Shown here: one piece after another, positions 52,622-64,000 of the stretch
Layout: every line of letters begins with the position of its first letter
Position numbering within the stretch: position 1 is the stretch's first letter
Source: Vicugna vicugna
Taxonomy: Eukaryota
Reading direction: 5' to 3'
Assembly: GCA_013265495.1 (NCBI GenBank)
Contig: MU058781.1
Location: 10,521,009 to 10,585,008, forward strand
DNA length: 64,000 bases
The notes under the pieces: model-generated
What the model was told of the DNA's origin: nothing
The model's database searches: none
Seen by the model: only the letters and a program-made list of their open reading frames with translations
Translations under genes and position numbers: made by a program

Positions 52622-54359
52622 CCTCTCAGGAAATATCCACAACTTGTAGCAACTGATTAACTGATTCCTGGTTTGCAATTATTTCAAGGAGGAATTATCA
52701 TAGATGAATATTTGAAATGAGCTACTTTCTGACCATGTGAGAGAAAAAGAAATGGGGAGTCACATATATCAAGTTTGCAGAAGATTAAAACAAATTCTTC
52801 ACTTCCTTCAGCTTTGTGACTTTCAACCCAACACTTTTCACTACCCTGAATTCTGTTTTTTGTGTGCTTTATATTAGAAAGAGAGAGTTAGTGATTTCTG
52901 TAGTTCAGTATCACATTTAGCCATCTTACATCTTGGTAGAGAGACAGCATTTGGAGGTCTCGTTTATTGAATTGCCCTACATAAGGCATTAGGGGCTCAA
53001 ATAAGTCACATTTGCAAGTACCCTGCATAGAGTTCTGGGTAGCATTCATTGGTTCCAACCTCCTCACCTTCTACTCTCTGTCCTTACCACACGTACACAG
53101 TCCTGGGCTTCTACTGAGTTTAATGAATGCTCTTAAATGTTATGGGAAAGAGAGCAGAGTCAGGAAAAAGCAGATGCCATAAAAAATGTGCAAGCCAAGT
53201 AGCATTGTCACTACTACTGCTCTAGTGCAGATCACAGTGCGATGGCCCCTGTGTCAGTCCTTCCCGCGCCCAGTAAAAATGAAAACAACATTGTAATAAA
53301 TTGGTTGGAACTGCACTTCCCTAGGGGTCTGTGACAGCATGATAAATAACCCTGTGCACATACGCCTTGGCTTTCCCTCTGCCAAGGCTTTCAACCACAG
53401 TATTTTCAGGCCTTAAGTCATGGTCATCAACCCTTGATTAATACAAGGAGAGAAAGTTAAGATAACACTTGGTGTATTTCCTTGGACCATACAAGATAGT
53501 AACACTATAAAATTGTATCAGGGTTAAGGTTTTGTTGATCATTATAAGGATGATCATATTTGTATATAATTTAGTAGCTGTAATGTTCCAACTCTTCTCA
53601 TAAACTAAATACTTTCAATAATCCTAGAGGCACAACTTAGGTTTGTTTAGCTCTGATTCTTGAGGGATACTTTCTGGTCCTTATTTTTAATTTTTTGTGA
53701 AGAAGGTACTTAAACCTCATAGCATGATTTATGCACAAAATTTATTCCTCAGTACATTTTCCATTATATATCTATGGAATATGTATGTGTATAAATATAT
53801 AAATTATGTATATAATACAATTGTGTTTTATAAATATTTATATCACATTCACTTAACCTGAATCTATCAAACAAATTCAGTTATATTTGTATAACTTTCA
53901 CAGGGAAGGAATACTTAGCATATAACTTTTCTACCTAAACTACTATTGTCAGAAATAAATCTGTATTTACTCATTCTATTCCAGTCATCTTTTTTTTCCT
54001 GATGAATAAAAGGTAAGCCATAAACATTTCTTTGCCATTAATTATGGTACCAGAGGAAGTGAATGTTCAAGTAAAAAACAATCAAACTGAATTTCGCCAA
54101 ATGGAAAGCTGGATAAAGGAAGAATAAAAATTTTGTTTTCATTTTTTTGAGTGATGGCTTGCATAATTCACCCCAAGATACCCAACGTAAGTTAATCACT
54201 AATGTACATTTATTTCTGATCATCTTTGGTCTCCTCTTAAAAGAGGCCTTAAAGAATATAATGAGTTCAGACTCTCAAGATACTGTCTACTTGGGTTGAG
54301 TGTGTTTGCATATGTGTGTGCATAGCTGTGCTGTGCATTTCTGTGTATGTATTTAAAGA

Positions 54360-54610
54360 GACTAATAATGGCATCTATTATGTTTCTAACACCTAAAATA
54401 TACCAGGTACTGTGTCAAAAGTTCTGTATTTTTTATCTTATTTAATTTTCAAAATGACTATATGGATAATACTATTATATCTTATTTTTTAAAAACAAGG
54501 AAACAGAAGCAAGTAAAAAAGTTAGCTGAAACCATTCAGTAAGAAAGGGTAGGACCAGAATTAAAAACCTGTAAGTCCTAGGAGATTCAGCTGCTAACCA
54601 GCATGCTATT
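54360..54610 (-). mobile_element. MIR SINE
   Basis: 'taccaggtactgtg...atcttatttaattttc...tactattatatcttattttt...aaggaaacagaagc...ctgctaaccagcatgctat'. Confidence 0.65.
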
Positions 54611-56735
54611 CTTCAACAAGAAGGCAAAGGCAGAGAAAACAGCATAATTACTTCAGATGGCCTTTCCTCTGAAATATATTTTTATTTCTCAAAGCTAGGT
54701 ATAACTGGATTTCATGGAACTCTTCTAAATCATCCTCAAGGAGAAATCCTTCTGATTAAATTCACCACACTCCCATCACTCCTTTACTCTGCTCATCCCA
54801 CTTTATTTAAATAAGAAGTCAAACTAAAATTAGACAGATCCAAATGATCATAAAAATAGCCCCCGTATATGCAAGCTTTATTAACATGGAAAGCCACCAC
54901 AGACTGAAAGTTTATTCAGTATAAGAAATGACCAGTGGAGGGGAGTTTCTTTTTCCTGACCTAAAGCAGGATATGTGTTAACTTATCTTGCAGAAAAAAT
55001 ACTCCCCCACATCATATAAGGAACTGCATCTTATTTGTCTTTATAGCTCCAGGATCCAGTTCTGAATAGGGCACCTAACAGGCACTCATTGGATATTCAT
55101 TACATCAGACATGCCTAACTGACCCCAATATATTCATTAGAATATTTTATTTCACAACAAATAGCTTTAAAAAAAGACACAGTAGGAAGAAAGAGGGATT
55201 TTGTTCACAGAGGAAACCTGGAGAATCTTTAGGGACAAACAGTTAACATAACTCTAACTCTAAAAATAAAACAGAACAAGAAAACTACATAGTAAAATGC
55301 CATTCATTTATTACAATAAAAATGATCAAAAAATGCTGGGAGCACTGTACTCTCCACAAGGATGATGATTTTAGCACCTGGACAGTGACCTTTTTGATTT
55401 GAATTCCCTGGAACATCAAATATGAAGAACACACCTACAAAATTACTTCAAAACAAAGCAGCCCCAGATTTTTATCAGTCAGCGTGCCATTAAGTATATG
55501 TGACACTAAGATATATTAAGTATTGTAAATATCTTGGCAGAATTGACAGAACTACAACTTTTTTATTTTTTAAACTTTTAAGTGCAGGTAGCTCTCATTT
55601 TGCACAAGAGTGTGGTTGTGTTGAAACGTCTGTACAAGCTGAAATCATGCAATGTGATCAGAATAAGCAATGGAAAAAAATACTGTTGTTCTGTTTCCTC
55701 TAAAAATTGTGTCAAAACATTAAAACTGCAATGTCAGTTATAAATGTTTAGAGGAACAAGAAACAGTAAAACTAATATTTGTTTAGTACATCATAATTTC
55801 ACACATTAGAAATATTGAAAATTAGTGCTTTAGTTCTTTGTAAGAAGCTTATCAAAGGTCATTTTAATAGTGCGTGCTTTTTTCTCATAGGATAAATTAC
55901 AGTAAGGAGGAAGGAGTGACTATCTCTTCTATGTTTTATTGAATTTTCATACCCATTTTTAAGTCTTCATCAGCTTTTAACATTTTATCTTTTAAAAGAC
56001 ATGAAAAACCCCTGAAGAGTTCCTTTTATGTGAAGTTTCATGTCAGTGTCATTTGCTCTAGAACATCCTCATCCTTTTGATCACAGTCACTTTTCTTACT
56101 TATGTCAATAGGTTTGCCTTCATCCAGCTTCTCTGGTAGCATATTTAGGGTCTAGGCAGCTTATCTACAGTCTAGAGTCTAGGGCTGCAAGATCAACATC
56201 CCTGGGATTAGCTGTCTTCTAGCACTTCTTCTATGTTCAATTCAAATTTCACTCTCAGTGATGTCATGTTTTGTTTCCTAACTGAATTTTCATTTTTGTT
56301 GACAAATTTCTAAATTCAAGTATCTATTTATGTACAATATCATCTGGTTTTAGCACTGAGAGATATGAAGGAAACACAACTATATGGTTTGCTGTTTGTG
56401 CATGAACTGAACAACAGGACCAATCATCAACAGACTGTGAAAGAAATGATGTTATTGGTCACTGCTGGTGATGCTCATCTGTTATTTATGTATGAGTGAT
56501 TTGTGGGCTGAAGAGCTAACAGCAAAATTTGTACTTCATGCAGTCACTTGTGGTTAATATACCATGGTAGTTAAAACTTGAATGTGCCCTTTGAGGACTG
56601 GTCTTATTTAACTAAACTGAGATGACTGAAATCCATGAATATCATAAGCAAGCAAAGCAAGGATATTCTGTTTTGGGATCTGAGGACACAAAGAAGTTGA
56701 ACAATGAAAACTGTCAGTTTTTAAAAGGTATGAGG

Positions 56736-58326
56736 GGATTCATTTAAAGATGACTTAAAGAAATGGAAAGATATCCCAGGTTCTTGGATTAGAAAAATTA
56801 ATATTGTTATAATGGCTATACAACCTAAAGCAATCTACAGATTTAATGCCGTCCCTACCAAATTATCCAAGACATTTTTCACAGAATTAGAACAAATAAT
56901 CCTAAAATTTATATGGAATCACAAAAGACTCAGAATTGCCAAAGCATTATTGAAGAAACAAAATGAAGTTGTAGGAATAAACTTTCCAGACTTCAGACAA
57001 TACTACAGAGCTACAGTAATCAAAACAGCATGATATTGGTACAAAAACAGACATATGGAACAACGGAACAGAATAGAGAGACCAGAAATAAACCCACAAA
57101 CTTTTGGCAAATTATTCTTTGACAAAGGAGGCAAGAACATACAATGGAGTAAAGATAGTCTCTTCAGCAAATGGTGTTGGGAAAACTGGACAGCTGCATG
57201 TAGATCAATGAAGTTAGAATACTCCCTCACACCATACACAAAAATAAACTCAAAATAAAGACATAAACATAAGACAAGACACTATAAACCTCTTAGAAGA
57301 AAACACAGGCAAAACATTATCTGACATAAATCTCAGCAATGTTCTCCTGGGACAATCTACCCAAGCAATAGAAATAAAAGCAAAAATAAATAAATGGGAC
57401 CTAATTAAACATAAGCTTTTGCGCAGCAAAGGAAACCATAAGCAGAACAAAAGGACGACATAGAGGAATGGGAGAAAATATTTGCAAAACATGAGACTGA
57501 CAAGGGCTTAATTTCCAGAATATATAAACAGCTTATGCAACTTATTAAGAAAAAAACAAACCCAATCCAAAAATTAGGCAGAATACCTAAACAAGCAATT
57601 CTCCAGTGAAGACATACAAATGGCCAATAGGCACATGAAAAAATACTCAATATTGCTAATTATCAGAGAAATGCAAATCAAAACTACAATATGGTATCAC
57701 CTCACACTAGTCAGAATGGCCATCATTTAAAAGTCCATGAACAATAAATGCTGGAGGGGGTGTGGAGAAAAGGGAATCCTCCTACACTGTTGGTGGGAAT
57801 GTAGTTTAGTGTAGCCATTATGGAAAACAGTATGGAGATTACCAAAAAAACTAAAAATAGACTTACCATATAATCCAGCAATCTCACTCCTGGTCATATA
57901 TCCAGAGGAAACTTTAATTCAAAAAACACATGCACCCCAGTGTTCACAGTAGCACTATTTACAATAGCCAAGATATAGAAACAATCTAAATGTCCACCAA
58001 CTAATGATTGGATACAGAAGTTGTGGTATATTTATACAATAGAACACTACTCAGCCATAAAAAAATAATAAAATAATGCCATTTGCAGCAACATGGATGG
58101 CCCTGGAGATTGATATTCTAAGTGAAGTAAGCCAGAAAGAGAAAGAAAAATATCATATGATATCACTTATATGTGGACTCTAAAAAAAAAACGAGACAAA
58201 CAAACTTATTTATAAAATAGAAACAAACTCACAGACATAGAAAACAAACTATGGTTACCAGAGGGGAAGGAGATGGGAAGGGATAAATTGGGAGTTCAAA
58301 ATTTGCAGATACTAACTAATATATAC

Positions 58327-58369
<43 letters not shown>

Positions 58370-58579
58370 TGCACAATGGGTAAACAACAAGTTTATACTG
58401 TATAGCAAAGGGAACTATATTCAATATCTTATAGTAACTTATGGTGAAAAAGAACATGAAAATAAAAAAAGTATGTTCCTATATAAGTGAAGTATTGTCT
58501 GTACACCAGAAATTGACAGAACATTGTAAACTGACTATACTTCAATAAAAATATATTAAAAATACATTAAAAATAATAA
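56736..58579 (+). mobile_element. 5'-truncated L1 (about 1.84 kb): decayed ORF2 C-terminus, 3' UTR, A-rich tail, 13-bp TSD
   Basis: ORF2 peptides '[20 protein letters not shown]...[15 protein letters not shown]' and '[13 protein letters not shown]', broken by stops and frameshifts. AATAAA near 58544. TSD AAAAGGTATGAGG (56723-35) / AAAAGGTGTGAGG (58580-92) at a TT/AAAA endonuclease site. Confidence 0.95.
58327..58366. repeat. (ATAG)10 tetranucleotide microsatellite inside the L1 3' UTR
   Basis: Directly visible. Confidence 0.95.
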
Positions 58580-60599
58580 AAAAGGTGTGAGGAAGAGGAG
58601 AAATGATTTAAAAAACAAGTAAAGTTTTTTAAAAAAATTAAAGAAAGTAAACTTGTCATTGGACACATATAGGTAATTCCATTCAATATGGGATTGAGAA
58701 GTACTACAAAGGAAGAGATAATGTAAAAGAAATATTCTTCTTTTCTTAAATAAAAGTTGTAAAAAGAGATCCTTAAAGAAATCAATACAGAAGGCTACAG
58801 AGAAAGGGATGGGAGGAAAACCCAGCCAACAGATGCACACAGAACAGAAAGACAGTTTTATAAAGGCAAAGCATGCTAGAAGTTTTCCCGGAAAGCTCTT
58901 GAATTATGATAAATGTGAGTGCTGTGTATGTATATTTGGAAAACCAACTGTGCCTCTGCTCTGGTTGCCTTTTTTTGCACCAATAATTTCTTAAACAATA
59001 TTCTATTTCTACAGTATAACTCTGTCACTGTAGTGTAGCCAAGCTTTCTTTGACAAATCAAGTACTAAATAATTCATTGGTGTTCTGAGTATATCCACAG
59101 CATACTGCTACAGAAAGTTTTCCTTCCTCATAAACAGCACAGCTGAACACAGATATGCAGAAGCAAGTCCTCTCTGTGTACAGGTGCCTTTGAAATGAAT
59201 CAGGATGGAGGGTTTACATTAGGAAGGAGATGGACCTCCTGGTCAGCAATCTATTCATCTTATTAAAATATTTTGCTTCTGTTGTTCTTTGACTGAGGTA
59301 AATGGTATTACATTGGCTTAATTGGCTGGGCATAAAATATATTCTTTTATGATAGAAAAATACAATGATTTTTCTAAGTAAGAACCAATAGCAATTCATA
59401 GGGCTTATGTATTTCCAATCTTTTTATTTCAGATAGTTTTCTTATATTTTCTTTAAAGAGATGGGAGACTATAGAATATAGAGAGAGAACACATGTGCTT
59501 GAATTAAAAACTAATGTTGAGACAGAGTGGTTGTAACGGCTCTTTCCAAGGATTAAAATATATTGGTTACGGGAATATGTCATAAGAATACAGATATTGT
59601 ATAAATCACTGATGAGGAAATGAAAAAAGTAAAAACCATTTTAAAAAATTATCTTTTCTCAAAATCCAAAGAATGGAATCAATAAAATCTGATTTTATTT
59701 TTAAAAGAAATATCAGTGTTTGCTAGATAAATGCATATATCTTCCTTTCCCATACGAGGTATAGAACAAGTCAAAGGAATAATGTATACAGTCATAAGAT
59801 ATTTATGTTGCATATCTCTAGGGATCCTGGAGTGCTTGACAAAATTCAAACCATTAATTCTTCCTCTATCCCTGTGAGATAGGAAGCAAGCAGATATTGT
59901 TAGACAATAGTATAACTAATGTGCATATGTGGCAGCAGGAAGGCTGGTGAGTCTTGAGAGGAGCCGGGATTGGCTGGCTTTCTGCCTTTGGGGGAAGGAG
60001 GATGGCTGCAGGGAAACTGTTCTTTCCCGAAACTACCAGTTTGTTCCCCCTGCACTGGGAGTTCTTTTGCCTCTAGTTCTTCAGTAACTAAATTTTCTAA
60101 GTAACTCCCTAAACTGAATACAAAGTCTTCAAGTAAATAAACTTCCTGGCTCTCTTCTCCTCACTCTCTCCCACTTCCATATAGCAGATTGTCCTGTAAT
60201 TTTGAGTCCCTCTGTCTGTAATCAACTTCCAAGCAATAGCTGTTACTGAATGGTTCATCTCAAGCTCTGTCTCCACCAGCTCAGAAGGAAATCCAGACCG
60301 TCTTAATTTTGTCTCCACTATTTGTGCAAATCCATGGCAGTTGTCTTTTTCATGTTGATTCCTTGCAAATTCAAGTCTTATTGATATTCTATTGAAGAAC
60401 TAACTCTTTTAAAATTCTATATGTTTATACTGCTACTCCCTCACCAACTGACCATGGAAGTTTGGCTGCAGCAAAGGAACATCTGCCTGTACAACATGAT
60501 GTTATAGTCAGAAGTGCTTCTGCCTTGACTTTGGCCTTTAAAGAATGGTGGAATTAATTATCTTAACAACCGAATCTCTATGATAATTATATGTAATCT

Positions 60600-60830
60600 A
60601 AAGCCCGTGTTGCGTTTACCATGTGTTTTGAAATGTACTAAACACTATTTTACATTCACTACCATATGAAATCCTTATGAGGTCGGTATTTTTATTATAT
60701 GCATTTTTCAGCTTAAAGAGACTTTGAACTCAAACTGTAAATTGTCCGCAATCCCACAGAAGCAGGTGTGGACTAGAACTCAAACCCTTGATTCTTTCAC
60801 CGTTAAGTCATATGTTCTGAACCACTAAAT
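60600..60830 (-). mobile_element. MIR SINE
   Basis: 'gcgtttaccatgtg...ccttatgaggtcggtatttttattat...ctagaactcaaaccc...tgttctgaaccacta'. Confidence 0.65.
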
Positions 60831-62017
60831 TTTAAGGCTACTAAAATTGTGTGTGCTAAGCAATATTAAGCTCTACCTCTTTTATTCCTGATAAATAATC
60901 TCAAGGGATCAAGAGAGAACAATTCAAAATTGAGGTCGTTAGGATTAGCTGAGTTATATATCAAATTTCTCAAAGTGTTTATTTTTCCCTCTTCATGAAA
61001 AAGGCTTATTTTTACACTGTGGCAGAATGAACTTAAATTTCATAGCTTATGTAGCTGCTTGCATATCTTTCTGATAGCCCTATCATATTTCCAACAAATA
61101 CATTTGCTCCCTACCCTACCTGCAACTTGAGACCTTGAAATATGAGAAACAGGTTTCACTCCATTGCCATGTGTATGAGGAGACAGAGGCCACATGTGAA
61201 CAAGTAGAAGATGTAGGAATATGACCTCAGCTTTGAGAGGGACACAATATGTCCCTGTTGCTTACCTATCAAGAAAAGTACACCAGATTTGTGTGATAGC
61301 ACTGTTCTAGCAACGTATATAAGGGTAAGTATCGCTTCCCTCTTTTCGTTCAGTACAGAAGTTGAAGCTTTAGGTAAAAGATGGGAGTAATATTATCATT
61401 ATGTCAGGAACATGTGTAGGTGGTATCAAGGTTTCTCTCACCACTTCAGTCATCAATAGAACATAAGCCAGGTGAAATTTGACTATGCCTTATAATTTAT
61501 TTAAATATGCTTTCATGATTCTGGAAGTCTTAGGGGTTTATCTGCAGAATTATTGTTTTGTAATATACATGTAATGCTGTGGTTCTAAGAATTCTTCATT
61601 TAGAGCTTACACCAGTTTAATTTCATGTAATGATAAAATGAAGGATCACAGACATGCTGGGTTCCAGCTTTCATGTGTACATTACATTAAATCAAACCAA
61701 GGGTGGGTAAAGTAGGCTGCAGGGTGTTTGTCAAAATATCCACAGCCATTTTTCAAACACCAGGAGTTTAACCCAGAGAGAAAGATGTTTACGAATTTCC
61801 CTTTTGCTCTTTTATGTCCTTCTGAACTTCAGTGAAAAATGGATCTGTGTTGCTGGTTCTTTTTTACTTTATTCATCTCAATTCTGTTGGTTTATTTATA
61901 ATTTCTAAGAAGTCATTTTGTCTGGAGAAATAACAAGTTACCTAATGCCTCAAAACATAATTTTACATATTCAAATCCATAATTTTTCATGGTATTCCCT
62001 TTGACAAGATTTTTATG

Positions 62018-62375
62018 GTGCAGGGTTTCCTCCTTTTTAAAGGCTGAGTAATATTCCATTGTATGTAAAGACCACATTTTTAATCCATTCATTTGTCAAT
62101 GGACATTTAGGTTATTTTCATGTTTTGGCTATTTTGAATAGTGGTGGAATCAACACTCAAATGCTAGTATTTCTTTGATATTTCTATTTAAAAAAAAAAG
62201 TGAATCCTATAATATATCACAACATGTGTGAACCCGGAGGACACTGTGCTAAATGAAATGTCAGTAACCAAAGGACAAATATTGCATGATTCTACTAATG
62301 TGAAGTGACTAAAGTAAACAAACTGGTGGAAGTAAAAAAGAAAACTGTTTCTAGGAGCTGAGAGGAGGGGGAAAC
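62018..62375. mobile_element. Old L1 3' fragment with an inversion (antisense about 62018-62186, sense about 62187-62375)
   Basis: Antisense 'ggctgagtaatattccattgtatg...atccattcatttgtcaatggacatttaggtt' abuts sense 'acaacatgtgtgaacccggaggacactgtgctaaatgaaat...aaggacaaatattgcatgattc'. Confidence 0.75.
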
Positions 62376-62499
62376 ACATGTTCTTTTTAAGACCCTAGAA
62401 ATATGAAGATTAAAATTATAGTCATTAGTTTAAGTTCATATACAAATCACAGTAGATATTTAAGGAATTAAATCATCAATTATTCTTGGGTTGGAGTCA

Positions 62500-63975
62500 G
62501 GGAAAGATAATGGAGTTGTTCACAACTGAGTCTTAAGAATAAAGAATAGCTAGTTTATCAGATGAAAGAACTGGCAAGTAAAGAAATTTCTAGAATAACT
62601 AAACATACTTTTAAAGGCTTGAAGATATGAGATGAGTAGGGGAGACTTCATATGATTCAGTATTATTTGAACAGGGGTAACTGAGACAGCGGGAAATGAG
62701 GGTGAGAGAACCCACAGCAATGTCTCCTAAGTGATGAGGCTGATAGGGACATGCTAGATCTTAGTTTTGTAAGGAAGGCCAAGGAATTTAATATTTATTC
62801 CATGGTGATGAAAGGCACTGAAAGATTAAAACAGAGGTATATTACAATAAGGCTTTTGTATCAGTACTAAAATTAAAGCAGTAATACGAAGGGTAGATGG
62901 ATGGCAAAAAAGACCAGATTTAGGGGTACCCCTCAATTAACCTTTGCAATGGTCCAGACCAGAGATCATAAAGGCTTCCATGAAAGTAGCAGGAGGACAG
63001 ATGGAGAGAAAGAGAAAGAAATCAGAATTATTTAGTAGTATAATTTGAGAGGAATTAATAACCAATTATATATAGATCATGAAAAAGGGAGAAAGATTAA
63101 TAATGGCTGAATTAACTGCTTTAGGTCACTGTGTTGCTGGTCCTACTCATTGAAAAAGGACACAATATTTTAGAATGTAAACAGATTCCAGGGAAAATAA
63201 TGAATTCAGTTTTGGAAAATGTATAATTTGAGATTCATAATTGAAAAGTAAAGCAAGTCATTGGAGTTAGACTTATGAGTCATTAGCATTTATGTGGTGA
63301 CCAAGTCACTGGGATAGATAATATTGTCAAGGAATCATACCAAAAAGCATTAGAGAACCAAGGACAAACATAAGGAAGTGCTGCCATTTTAAAGGACATA
63401 TCAAGGAGGAAGAAAAATGGTCAGCAAAACAGAGGTAGAACCAGCGAGAGGAGAATCATAAAAGAAAACCTATTCAAAAATTCGGTAAAAGGTGAAAAAA
63501 AAATCCAAGGCTTACAAAAAAAAAAAACCCCCCACAAAACTATCTAAAGACAAGAATTGAAATGTGTCCACTAGTTTTGGCAATTAAGAGAGCATAGATT
63601 ATTGAGTTAGCAGCATTGGTGAGGATAGAAACCAGCTCAAATGATGGGGGAAGTATACGAGATTTAAACATGAGAAGAGAGCAAGGATAAAAGCAGGAGA
63701 ATCTTGTCTGTGGAGGAGAAGGAGGCTGGTACCGAGAAGAGAAATATGATTTAGACAGTGAGACTGACTTCATCATGTTCAGCATTTAAGAAGAAAAGTC
63801 AGAAGAGAGGTAATAGATTAAGATGGGGAGATGGAATACTTAATGAGAAAAAGTCCAGGAGAAGATGGACAGGAGTGAAATACAGTGTAGTTGAAGGACT
63901 GGCTTTGAAGAGAGCGGGGGAGAGGATGAAGATGAAGTTACGGTGCTCCCTTGAGGTGTGGATGCAAGAAGGTGA
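62500..63975 (-). mobile_element. Long LINE-2 remnant
   Basis: Antisense L2 motifs 'aactgagtcttaagaat', 'ccaaggaatttaatatttattc', 'tgcaatggtccagaccagagat', 'aatgaattcagttttgga', 'gagtcattagcatttatgtgg' and 'aaatgtgtccactagttttggcaa'. Confidence 0.75.
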
Positions 63976-64000
63976 CAGAGTTCTCACCTCAAGGCCTCTG

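Noticed and set aside
1..64000. The 60-150 aa ORFs in the supplied track as host genes
   Set aside because: They are short, many start at non-ATG codons, they are biased to F/L/I/S/K as expected for AT-rich non-coding DNA, many lie within repeats, and none resembles a protein I recognise except L1 ORF2 fragments.
1..64000. CRISPR-like or other regularly spaced repeat-spacer arrays, tRNA/rRNA genes, lineage-specific tRNA-SINEs, CpG island
   Set aside because: None seen on reading both strands by eye.

Overview
AT-rich, CpG-depleted mammalian non-coding DNA (large intron or intergenic). The style of the younger L1 3' ends suggests a cetartiodactyl, possibly a camelid (inference). I find no host protein-coding gene, tRNA/rRNA, CpG island or CRISPR-like array. 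The only recognisable protein homology in the ORF track is decayed LINE-1 ORF2. The window is a patchwork of ancient repeats (MIR, L2, MLT1/MER74 LTRs, MER8, MER33, old L1) plus two younger L1 insertions with visible target-site duplications (TSDs). I cannot support a new biological system. The best observations are: (1) a TSD-bounded short L1 carrying a 3'-transduced unique segment with its own AATAAA and poly(A) at 42876-43301; (2) a 63-nt near-perfect hairpin at 9649-9711; (3) an L1 with twin-priming-type inversion geometry at about 62018-62375; (4) an LTR carrying two further LTR insertions at 7574-9275; (5) a compact SP/KLF + RFX + ETS + G-quadruplex cluster at about 42520-42650. Repeat subfamily names come from recalled consensus sequences, and boundaries of old repeats are approximate.
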